From the NCBI GenBank assembly GCA_023898465.1, contig CP060223.1, forward strand, positions 832,001 through 896,000: DNA of 64,000 nucleotides, read 5' to 3'. Shown one piece after another: positions 17,625-25,498 of the stretch (positions within the stretch are counted from its first letter, which is position 1; every line of letters starts with the position of its first letter). The DNA is from Candidatus Nomurabacteria bacterium (GTDB lineage: Bacteria; Patescibacteriota; Patescibacteriia; HK-STAS-PATE-3). A model generated the notes under the pieces. The model was not told the DNA's origin. It was given only the letters and a program-made list of their open reading frames with translations, and did not search any database. The position numbers and the translations under genes are program-made.

Positions 17625-19231
17625 AACTTACGGACAATTCCTTTCGTTGCATCGACCTCCACTTGGTCACCGTCTTTCAATACTTTGGTAGCAATCTTTG
17701 TGCCAATGACGCAGGGGATTTTTAGCTCCCGAGAAACAATGGCTGCATGCGAAGTTACGCCACCCTGCTCGGTCACAATCGCTGCAGCTTTTTTCATCGC
17801 TGCTACAATGTCCGGGTCAGTAGCAATCGAAACAAGAATATCACCGCGTTGCATTTTTGCCATATCCTTTGGACGAATAATAATCTTAACTCGTCCAGTC
17901 GCTTTTCCTACACAACCTGTCTGACCATGAAGCTCTTCACTTGATTCGTGCTTCATAGACTGCAACTGCTTCTTCATTCTCTTTGCTGCAGCGCCTACGA
18001 GAATAGTATCCCTATTCTTTTCACTGATGTAGACGCATTCTTTCACTCGTTGTTTCAGCATCGATCGAGATAAATGACCACGAGTTAAGGCGGCATGAAC
18101 TTCTTTAGGCAACATGAAGCGCATTTCTTTGAGTGAAATGTGGAGACGCCGGGCAATTTCTTTTTGCAAAAATTCCATTTTATAAAGTGCATATATCTGC
18201 GCAAAGCGACGATAAATTTTTGTTACCATGAAATCACCAAAGGCTAAGAAAAGCGTTTTCCATTTTCCGCTAATTCGGTATTGTCGCAGGTAGCGTTCAC
18301 GCAAACTATTTGCAGTCTGTAATTTCTTCTTTTCCTCTTTGAGCAACGCGGCGATGTCAGACTTCTGACCAATAAGTTTCACCAGCTCTTTTAGGTAGTA
18401 CGTAAAATGCGCAGTTTCACCAATCCACATCCTCGGTACATAGAAGTAGCTCGCATAATGCTTTTGTATACGTTTCAGTATTTCCGGACTTATCGCATCT
18501 ATCAATTGGTCAGCTCGCTGCTCTAGACCATGCTCAAATTCTTCGGTATGCGTTTGCCAGCCATAGGGTCCTGCTTCTTTATTTAAGAAAGTAGAATATA
18601 TATCAGCGAATAATTTTTTCTGTTTGGCATTTTTTTGTATGGCAAAAGCAATGTGCAAAAAATCTTCACGTTCTTTCTGAATCAGTGAAATGCTTCGTGG
18701 ATGAGTGAGCGCGACAAACACCTCATTTACTTTTGCTTCAGGTACTCCTTGCGTTGCTAAATACTGCTTCATCCGATCAGTGAGGTTGTTGTGAAACATA
18801 TCTGCAGCAACCGGTATCCAACACCACTGATAGTACTCCGTGTGCAAACGATCATGCTCAGTATATAATTGCCACAACTTAGTATTACTCTGCTTCTCTA
18901 AGCCCGTCTCGGGTAGCTTTTCAGTAAAGCGTCGTAAGCGATCTGCTTGATGCAGTATCTCTTTATTTACTTGTGTGGCAAAGGCAGGCTCTTGAATAAA
19001 ACGATTAACAATGTGATCGCCCTCGGTCTTCGCATCATCGTGATCATAATAAAACCAGAGATGGTAGCCCTGGTAATAAGTAGCCACTCGTTGATACGCT
19101 CGTCCATTCGGTTTTGCAAACTCATTAGTAAAACATGACAACCAGATTTGCGAAAAAGCAAAATCAATATCTGGAATATCCTCAGCTAGCATCCAATTGA
19201 TACTTTGCTTTTGTATTTTAGGAGAGCTCAT
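17621..19231 (-). CDS. PEP-utilising-enzyme mobile (phosphohistidine swivel) domain protein, paralog C: novel ~440-aa helical N-domain plus C-terminal His domain
   Basis: C-terminus GGVTSHAAIVSRELKIPCVIGTK matches the PpsA/PPDK/RPH phosphohistidine domain. No ATP-grasp or PEP-binding TIM-barrel motifs. Confidence 0.7.
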   Translation of the reverse strand: MSSPKIQKQSINWMLAEDIPDIDFAFSQIWLSCFTNEFAKPNGRAYQRVATYYQGYHLWFYYDHDDAKTEGDHIVNRFIQEPAFATQVNKEILHQADRLRRFTEKLPETGLEKQSNTKLWQLYTEHDRLHTEYYQWCWIPVAADMFHNNLTDRMKQYLATQGVPEAKVNEVFVALTHPRSISLIQKEREDFLHIAFAIQKNAKQKKLFADIYSTFLNKEAGPYGWQTHTEEFEHGLEQRADQLIDAISPEILKRIQKHYASYFYVPRMWIGETAHFTYYLKELVKLIGQKSDIAALLKEEKKKLQTANSLRERYLRQYRISGKWKTLFLAFGDFMVTKIYRRFAQIYALYKMEFLQKEIARRLHISLKEMRFMLPKEVHAALTRGHLSRSMLKQRVKECVYISEKNRDTILVGAAAKRMKKQLQSMKHESSEELHGQTGCVGKATGRVKIIIRPKDMAKMQRGDILVSIATDPDIVAAMKKAAAIVTEQGGVTSHAAIVSRELKIPCVIGTKIATKVLKDGDQVEVDATKGIVRKL

Positions 19232-20331
19232 GCTCCTAATCTTCGCACAATTCCCTGGTTCGCGTCTACTTCTACGAGATCGCCGCTTTGTAGACTACTG
19301 GTAGCAAATTTTGTACCAATAACGCAAGGAACTTTCAACTCCCGGGCTACGATTGAAGCGTGACTAGTCACTCCACCTTCATCAGTAACAATCGCCCCAG
19401 CTCGCTTCATGGCTGGTATATAACGCGGATCAGTCATTGAGGTTACTAAAATTTCGCCCTGGCGTAGTTTTGTAGCATCGGCGATTTTTTGAATTAAACG
19501 CACTTTGCCTTTTACCTTGCCAGGGAAAGCCACGTTGCCCTTGAGTAGCCCCTTCGTTGCTTTCGGTAATGACAAACCAAAGCGTTTCAATGCGCTAGCT
19601 GAATTTGAGTACGCATATACGTTTTTGCCTTGCTTCAACACAAAACGTTTTCTTCGATTACGTAGCCTTTTTATCGACGGGAGTTTTCCAGAATTTAAGT
19701 ACTCAGTAAATTCACTAAGTAGCAAATACTCCAAAACCTCTATTGCGAGCTTTTCAGACTTTTCAATTTGACGCAGTAATCTTTTCTGCAAATCAATACC
19801 TACCCGGTAAAAGTCAGCTCCTTGTGCACGGCCTTGTAAGAAGAGTTTCAGGACTGCGGGAGTAACTTGATCTGAAACAAACTCTGGCACTTCGATACAA
19901 GCAACTAAGAACGGTAGAGCATCGTGAAAATATTCATGCAATTGAAGTATCGCCGCTTTCGGATCAGCGTGCTCCTGTTGTACAAATATATTATACGAGC
20001 GAAGTAAGGCATCGTGCTGCTTTTTTTGCTGCTTCAGTTTTGCCAGCGTACCATGTGTTTTTACCCAACCTTGCGCTGCGCCTTGTAAATCTTCATCCGC
20101 CATAAAGTGCCATAAAACACCATTCTCAACATACACATGGATTGGGCGAATCTGATGCGAAAAAAAATCTCGTGAAGCTTTATTAAGAAATGCTTCAATA
20201 ACTACTGAGGTTGCTAATACAGTATAATCTCTTTGATGTGGGGTATAGTGAAGCTTCATAGCTTTTACTCTAGCACATAATTCAGCACTCTTATCAAGAA
20301 AGAGGCGGCAGTTCATATTGACTGCCGCCAT
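19228..20331 (-). CDS. PEP-utilising-enzyme mobile domain protein, paralog B (shorter N-domain, 367 aa)
   Basis: C-terminus GGVTSHASIVARELKVPCVIGTK. 4-nt overlap with paralog C. Confidence 0.7.
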   Translation of the reverse strand: MAAVNMNCRLFLDKSAELCARVKAMKLHYTPHQRDYTVLATSVVIEAFLNKASRDFFSHQIRPIHVYVENGVLWHFMADEDLQGAAQGWVKTHGTLAKLKQQKKQHDALLRSYNIFVQQEHADPKAAILQLHEYFHDALPFLVACIEVPEFVSDQVTPAVLKLFLQGRAQGADFYRVGIDLQKRLLRQIEKSEKLAIEVLEYLLLSEFTEYLNSGKLPSIKRLRNRRKRFVLKQGKNVYAYSNSASALKRFGLSLPKATKGLLKGNVAFPGKVKGKVRLIQKIADATKLRQGEILVTSMTDPRYIPAMKRAGAIVTDEGGVTSHASIVARELKVPCVIGTKFATSSLQSGDLVEVDANQGIVRRLGA

Positions 20332-20610
20332 GTAGACGCGAGCCCCACAGAGCTCTTTCCCTAGGTCTGTCTACCTGACCGAGTTCGCCCAAAGACGATC
20401 TCCTGCTGTTTACCTCTTTCGAGGTGGCTTGGACTTGCTCCGCATGAGGGGACAGCAGTTATTCCTCGCAACGGGGTCCCACACCCGAGACTTCCGGTTG
20501 GCCGTATCCGTTGCAGCTTCTTGAAGAACAATGCGGAGTCACCGCGAAGTCTCGATTAGGACAATGCCACCCGCTTCTTCATGAGAGAAACCTCCCTTCC
20601 ATCAAAAAGC
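20332..20610 (-). promoter_or_regulatory. Internal promoter (extended -10 TGgTATTAT) plus a ~270-nt GC-rich structured leader with a tiny SD-preceded ORF (MKKRVALS)
   Basis: Minus-strand reading: ttgctc-N18-tggtattat, then gggagg-N9-atgaagaagcgggtggcattgtcctaa. Downstream lie a 9-bp long-range stem (cgagacttc/gaagtctcg), a GNRA hairpin (cctc-gaaa-gagg) and a palindrome (agagctct). GC is far above the flanks. Confidence 0.35.
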
Positions 20611-20661
20611 CATGGCATTAAAAATAATACCACGCTGTACTTATACTGGCGAGCAATTTTT

Positions 20662-22227
20662 TTACAACTTTCTGACTAAACCCTTGGTAGCATCCACTTC
20701 CACCTTGTCACCATCCTTCAAAATCTTATTCGCTACCTTCGTCCCTACTACGCAGGGCACACCAAGCTCGCGCGAGACAATAGCCGCATGTGAAGTCAAA
20801 CCTCCGGCGTTGGTCACGATTGCAGCGGCTAGCTTCATTGCTGGTACCAGACTGGGATAGGTTGTCTCAGAAACCAAAATATCACCTTTTTTCATTTTTG
20901 GAATATCCGCCGGCACCTCAATAATTTTTACCGTACCAGAAGCAGCTCCCGGAGAAGCGCATGAACCCGTTAGCTCACTTGCCTCGGTGGTAATCAAGGT
21001 ATCCTCTTTAGGAATTTCTTTCATGAACTTCTTTGCCTTCTGACCAGTCAAAACGATATATTGCTTCTTATCGCAATACGCCACTGTCTCCCGAGTTCGC
21101 GCCAGCAGCTCTTTCATAGTCGGGATCGACTTCCCTTGGAGCAAATCCTCAATCTCCCATGAGTTCAGGGCTCGCACAGTTTCCAAAGTCAGCTTATGTC
21201 GCTGAGCAATTTCACGGAAGAATGGTTCATAGCAGTACATACCATGATAGAGTGCGCCTTTTCGAAATTCCTTTATGTACACTATTTCTTGTCCCATGCG
21301 GATGAGCTGCCATATATTGCCTTGGAGGTGTAGAGATTTTTTTAATCGAGCCTGTTTTTGCTTCAGGAGCCTTTCCTTCACCTTCATATCAGCCAAAATC
21401 TGTTTGGGTGACTCACCGCTCTTTAGTAATTCCCTCCAACGAGTGAGGAAGTAGCGAAAGGAATAAGCTGGCCCCTTATACGCGTAGGGAATCCATCGCC
21501 ATTTCTCATAGTGCGCTCGCAGTAAAGCAGCTACTTTTTGATCCACTTCTGCTAATCCCTTTTCGGCCTTTGCGATGGGCGAACGAAGTAGGTGATTTCG
21601 CACCTTAGCAGAGCGCCGAAGCTGATCAGTAATCTGCAAAAACTCTCTTTCCTCCTGCGCAGCAAAACTCAAGCGGGGTGGGCTAGTAAGTAAACTAAAT
21701 ATTTCCGGCAAGGTTGCTGAGTCACCATAACAATCAATTTGTTTCTTGAGCGCTGCTTCTATACCTGTTGACACGCGGGCCTGATCAGCATCAGCCAACC
21801 AAGTGACCGCCGCACCGACCCCGTGGGAAAGTACATGCCAGCGTAAGACCTTACGAAACTCTCGAAGTAACTGTACATCAGTCATCTCACGGATTGGCAG
21901 TGCATATAAATTCCGAGAAGCCTGCATGAAGTTGATTGACCAATCCTCAACCTGCTTCAAGGTCTTTAATCCCCATTGTGGCTTTTGCAACATCTTCTGC
22001 GATAAGCCATCGGCCTGGGTATCAAATTCAGATCGCCGAAACCACATCTGAGAAAAGTCACCTTTGTAGTAGGTAAAGTACTCACTCAGGTGTCCGCCGA
22101 GTCCCATTCGCTTCCATTCCAAAAGAAAAAAGCGAATCGGCGTCCCCATCATAAAAATAGTATTTTCAGTTATTTCAGCTGGGACAAACCACTTGTCACT
22201 TTGCTTTTTTATGGCCTTTTTACCCAT
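20662..22227 (-). CDS. PEP-utilising-enzyme mobile domain protein, paralog A (521 aa)
   Basis: C-terminus GGLTSHAAIVSRELGVPCVVGTK. Overall collinear with paralog C. Confidence 0.7.
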   Translation of the reverse strand: MGKKAIKKQSDKWFVPAEITENTIFMMGTPIRFFLLEWKRMGLGGHLSEYFTYYKGDFSQMWFRRSEFDTQADGLSQKMLQKPQWGLKTLKQVEDWSINFMQASRNLYALPIREMTDVQLLREFRKVLRWHVLSHGVGAAVTWLADADQARVSTGIEAALKKQIDCYGDSATLPEIFSLLTSPPRLSFAAQEEREFLQITDQLRRSAKVRNHLLRSPIAKAEKGLAEVDQKVAALLRAHYEKWRWIPYAYKGPAYSFRYFLTRWRELLKSGESPKQILADMKVKERLLKQKQARLKKSLHLQGNIWQLIRMGQEIVYIKEFRKGALYHGMYCYEPFFREIAQRHKLTLETVRALNSWEIEDLLQGKSIPTMKELLARTRETVAYCDKKQYIVLTGQKAKKFMKEIPKEDTLITTEASELTGSCASPGAASGTVKIIEVPADIPKMKKGDILVSETTYPSLVPAMKLAAAIVTNAGGLTSHAAIVSRELGVPCVVGTKVANKILKDGDKVEVDATKGLVRKL

Positions 22228-22248
22228 ATATATGCATTATACCATTGA

Positions 22249-22277
22249 CAAAAAGCTCTACCTATGCTATCCTCTCG
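22249..22277 (+). promoter_or_regulatory. Consensus-like sigma70 promoter TTGACA-17-TATCCT
   Basis: ccattgacaaaaagctctacctatgctatcct read directly. The complementary strand carries an extended -10 (aTGgTATAAT) reading toward the 22227 gene. Confidence 0.55.
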
Positions 22278-22284
22278 CGTAGTT

Positions 22285-22640
22285 TGCAGAGCAGTTGTTC
22301 TTTCGCAAACTCAAAAGAGTCGAACGCTTGGGCCCGTCAGGGTTAAGCGTGAGACTCAGAGGGACATCCTTTCGAAAGCCGAAGTGGACTGGTGAATACC
22401 AGAACACGTAGGCAGGAGAAAGAGATGGCCCGAGAAGATGAGGCGTTTGACTCGTTTACCGAATTGAGGACGCTTTCCGCCCACGGGCGGATAAGTGAAC
22501 GAGAAGCCAAGTAGCGTAACCGGCATCAGTAGTGTTTTTGTAGAATTACCGGACAACGTACTTGCGACCCAAAAGGAATATGGGTCACCAAACGCCTCCC
22601 AACAGATGGGAGTTCTTTTCATCTAAGGGAGGAAAAAGAG
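22285..22640 (+). promoter_or_regulatory. ~350-nt 5-prime leader with several hairpins and an SD-preceded 29-codon uORF (22415-22504); candidate cis-regulatory RNA
   Basis: Hairpins gtttgc...gcaaac and ccgcccacgggcgg. uORF MAREDEAFDSFTELRTLSAHGRISEREAK with aggag 7 nt upstream. No match to riboswitch consensus sequences I can recall. Confidence 0.3.
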
Positions 22641-23321
22641 ATGGCGAATATCGTCGTCTTTGATCCGATCCGTGAACATTTCAGTGACTACATGATTGGG
22701 CTAGCCAGTCATCAGGTTATCGTGAGAAATACGGTCGAGGACGTCAATGGGACGCTCCGATCCTTCTCACCCGACCTGATCCTGGTAGCTGAATCAGAGC
22801 AGTCAGCTGCCGTGATCGCGGCCGTGCAACGGAGTGATCGACGCATACAAGCGCCAACACTCCTTATCCCTGCATCACTCGAAGGACCTGATGACCAGCG
22901 ATGGCAACAGAGCCGTCAGCTCGGCGTCGCGGGATGGATCCCTCGACCTCAGCAACGAGGCTTCAAGTCACTCCTGGCTGAAGACTGGCGACGTAATATC
23001 GTCAGTCTCATGCTCTGGCTATGCAATCAGTTGCACCGAGAGCAACCACTGAGTGTGTGGTTCCGAGAACATCAAAGCGTCGTGGCTATGGTGGGCCAAG
23101 AAACCTATCATCGCCTCATCACCGGCTCATCCATCCAGTATGCACCCGAAGAATATCGTCGACTCCAGAGGACACTGGCAATCTGGGGAGTACGCTATCC
23201 GCTGGATCGCTATCTCCAGGCTGTCGCTCTTGCAGGACGCAAGGCAGAGGCACAGAGACTCTCAGATCGCGTGCTTACAAACATGGCGAGGCGCATGCTT
23301 TCGTCTGAAGCACAAGGCTGA
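22641..23321 (+). CDS. Receiver-like (pseudo-REC / CheY-like fold) domain protein, high-GC
   Basis: SD agggagg. N-terminus MANIVVFDPIREHF...SPDLILVAESE follows the REC pattern (hhhDD...PDhhhhD) but with D-P instead of DD. Confidence 0.4.
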   Translation: MANIVVFDPIREHFSDYMIGLASHQVIVRNTVEDVNGTLRSFSPDLILVAESEQSAAVIAAVQRSDRRIQAPTLLIPASLEGPDDQRWQQSRQLGVAGWIPRPQQRGFKSLLAEDWRRNIVSLMLWLCNQLHREQPLSVWFREHQSVVAMVGQETYHRLITGSSIQYAPEEYRRLQRTLAIWGVRYPLDRYLQAVALAGRKAEAQRLSDRVLTNMARRMLSSEAQG

Positions 23322-23352
23322 CTTCTACCATTCCTGCAAGGGAGGTTCTGAA

Positions 23353-24072
23353 ATGTCGCACATCGTGATCCTCGACCAAGACCCGATCCGACAGCTGTGG
23401 TATCAATCCGCGCTGCCGGGTCACGTCATCTCCTTCGTGGAGACCGCCCTCGGAGCGATTCGATTGGTGCAGCAGGTTCCCACCGCTGCCATCATTGCCG
23501 AGTACTTCGATGGGTCTGGCACTCGGCTCCTGGAGGAGCTCGATCGCCTGGTCCGGAACTGTCGCTTCGCCGCCCCGCCAGTCTACCTGACCGGCACCAT
23601 CACTATGCTGGACAACACGATGGAGAAGGCCGTGCAGCTCGCGCAGAATCGTGGAGCTCAGGACTTCATCCCGCATCCGATCAGTCGTGAGCGCTTCCGG
23701 GAACGGCTGGCCGACGTGCTCGAACAAGACAGAGGAGGTCGTGTCGTCGGACACATCACCTTTTGTGAGGCACCGCCGGTCACGACCTCGGAACTCGTCG
23801 ACCTGACCTATGAAATCCCGGAGGCGCGCGACCTGATCAACGCAACGATCGGGATGCGCACCTTCTCCAGCATGCTGAATCGAGCTCTGGCTGTGGAAGG
23901 ACACGGACCCGCCCAGATCGTCTGTGCGGAAATCGGTGTCTGGGCTACGGAAGGAATTCCCACGCTCACCGCTGCTGAGTTCTCGGCTGAGCTCGGCGAT
24001 AAGGAGAGAACGGCCTGTCAGGATATTCTCTTCGAGATCGCCCACTCCCTGCTCTTTGACCGCGCTGCCTAG
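23353..24072 (+). CDS. Second receiver-like domain protein with an unknown C-terminal domain, high-GC
   Basis: SD agggagg before ATG at 23353 (MSHIVILDQDPIRQ...AAIIAEYFDG). The 23053 extension is in a frame overlapping the previous gene and lacks an SD. Confidence 0.4.
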   Translation: MSHIVILDQDPIRQLWYQSALPGHVISFVETALGAIRLVQQVPTAAIIAEYFDGSGTRLLEELDRLVRNCRFAAPPVYLTGTITMLDNTMEKAVQLAQNRGAQDFIPHPISRERFRERLADVLEQDRGGRVVGHITFCEAPPVTTSELVDLTYEIPEARDLINATIGMRTFSSMLNRALAVEGHGPAQIVCAEIGVWATEGIPTLTAAEFSAELGDKERTACQDILFEIAHSLLFDRAA

Positions 24073-24183
24073 CGCAACCCGAGGCGTCTACTTTCCCCAA
24101 GTAGGCGCCTTTCTTCTTGACTTTTTTATCTAAGTGGATAAACATGCCCACGGACACTGTTCGACAAACCATAGGAGGCGCAC

Positions 24184-24432
24184 ATGCCGGAAATCGCACT
24201 GGAACAGAAGTTCATCGACATCGTAGCTGAGCAACTTGGCGTCGACAAGAGACGGGTCACCCCTAACCAGAGCGCCAAGGGCGACCTCGGTGCGGACTCG
24301 CTCGATCTCGTCGAGCTCATCATGGCCCTGGAAGAGGGTTACGAAATCAAGATCGACGACGGAGAGCCGGACAACCTGGAAAACCTGGGTGAACTCCAGG
24401 CGCTCATTCTGTCCAAGGTCGCCGCCAAGTAG
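24184..24432 (+). CDS. Acyl carrier protein
   Basis: SD ataggagg. 82 aa, acidic, with the DLGADSLDLVELIMALEE phosphopantetheine-attachment (DSL) motif. Confidence 0.85.
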   Translation: MPEIALEQKFIDIVAEQLGVDKRRVTPNQSAKGDLGADSLDLVELIMALEEGYEIKIDDGEPDNLENLGELQALILSKVAAK

Positions 24433-24462
24433 TCCAAGACAACCCGTTCCTTCCCTAGCAAC

Positions 24463-24500
24463 CAAAAAGCAGTTCCTGCACGGAGCTGCTTTTTCTCTTG
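24463..24500 (+). terminator. Rho-independent terminator (gcagttcc-tgcac-ggagctgc then tttttctc)
   Basis: 8-bp stem with one mismatch plus a T-run. Confidence 0.55.
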
Positions 24501-24530
24501 ACGATAATGTAAAAATTAGTTAGAGTCCTA
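24501..24530 (+). promoter_or_regulatory. sigma70-like promoter TTGACG-17-TAGAGT upstream of the tRNA
   Basis: ttgacgataatgtaaaaattagttagagt read directly. Confidence 0.5.
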
Positions 24531-24542
24531 ACGTTTTACCGG

Positions 24543-24619
24543 GCCGCCATCGTCTAGTCTGGTCAGGACGCCAGGTTTTCATCCTGGTAACAGGGGTTCG
24601 AATCCCCTTGGCGGTACCA
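24543..24619 (+). tRNA. tRNA-Glu (anticodon UUC), CCA encoded
   Basis: Cloverleaf by eye: acceptor GCCGCCA/UGGCGGU (G1-U72 wobble), anticodon stem CCAGG/CCUGG with loop UUUUCAU, T-arm GGGGUUCGAAUCCCC. Body nearly identical to E. coli tRNA-Glu. Confidence 0.85.
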
Positions 24620-24633
24620 ACGATTCCTAAACA

Positions 24634-24672
24634 TGCAGCTTCTGAAGAAGCTGTTGTTTCGCAATTAATACC
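24634..24672 (+). terminator. Hairpin terminator after the tRNA (cagcttc-tga-gaagctg then ttgtttcg)
   Basis: 7-bp stem, weak T-tail. Confidence 0.4.
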
Positions 24673-24695
24673 CTGGGTATGTACTAGCTTATATA

Positions 24696-25496
24696 CTACC
24701 TCTTCAAGAGCAATAAGCGTACAACGAAAAAACTTAATGCGCCCACGAGAACAATGGTAGCCCCAGAAGGTAAATCCAGAACATAAGATAATATAAGGCC
24801 AACCACAACAATCAAAACACTCGCAACAATCGAAATCCATTGAAATGCAATAAAGGACTTAGCGAAACTTTTACTTATCGCACTCGGAATAACTAAAAGC
24901 GCGCTTACTAATACAATACCAACTACTTTAATACTCAATACAACAGTCAGGGCGGTTAATATATAAAGCAGAAGCTCAAAAAAATTACGATTCACTCCGG
25001 CTAATTGCGCCCCTTCAGCGTCCACCGTAATAAAGGTTAGCTGTTTCCGATATACAAAAAGTAAAGCACCAATGCAAGCACCTAAGATTAAAACAATACT
25101 AAGATCAATAGTACGAATAGCGAGAATATTGCCAAATAAAAAGCTGATTAGCTCCGGAACATAGCCTTGATGAAATTGAAGCAATATTATTCCTAGAGCC
25201 ATGCCGACCACGAAAAGAATACCAATGGCCGTATCCCGAGAAATATTTGTCTTCTTCTCCATTAAGAACAAAATCACCGCCAAAACAATACTAAATACCA
25301 GCGCAACAGGGAGAGGCGCCCAACCAAGTAAGACGGCTACGGCAATAGCTGCTAAAGATGCGTGCGCAATTCCATCACCAATAAAACTTAAATGACGACT
25401 AATCACATACACGCCCATCCATCCCAATAGCGCAGCTGAGGTAACCCCAACCACAAGGGCGCGTTGCATAAATGGAAAAGTGAATATTTCAAACAT
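24696..25496 (-). CDS. znuB: Zinc/manganese ABC transporter permease (ABC-3 family, ZnuB-like)
   Basis: 266 aa, about 8 TM helices, typical ABC-3 signature region. Operon context with znuC, znuA and zur. Confidence 0.75.
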   Translation of the reverse strand: MFEIFTFPFMQRALVVGVTSAALLGWMGVYVISRHLSFIGDGIAHASLAAIAVAVLLGWAPLPVALVFSIVLAVILFLMEKKTNISRDTAIGILFVVGMALGIILLQFHQGYVPELISFLFGNILAIRTIDLSIVLILGACIGALLFVYRKQLTFITVDAEGAQLAGVNRNFFELLLYILTALTVVLSIKVVGIVLVSALLVIPSAISKSFAKSFIAFQWISIVASVLIVVVGLILSYVLDLPSGATIVLVGALSFFVVRLLLLKR

Positions 25497-25498
25497 AT

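Noticed and set aside
20332-20661. GC-rich spacer as RNase P RNA, tmRNA, SRP RNA or ZTP riboswitch
   Set aside because: None of the universal motifs I can recall are present: no GGAAAGTCCGGGC or ACAGAACCCGGCTTA, no tmRNA tag frame or CCA end, no SRP domain IV GGAAGCAGC, no ZTP CUGGCG...CCGCCUGGGCA. Kept only as an unclassified structured leader.
22356-22622. 88-aa minus-strand ORF inside the 22285-22640 leader
   Set aside because: No SD, lies antisense within a promoter-proximal leader, and the composition is not coding-like. Treated as spurious.
22285-22640. Leader as a guanidine-I (ykkC) or TPP riboswitch
   Set aside because: Only short chance-level resemblances (AGGGTT, CTCAGAG). The GGUCCGAGAG and ACGG...GGGA cores are absent.
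23053-24072. Longer 339-aa version of the second receiver-like gene
   Set aside because: The N-terminal 100 codons overlap the previous gene in another frame and have no SD. The internal ATG at 23353 has a perfect AGGGAGG.
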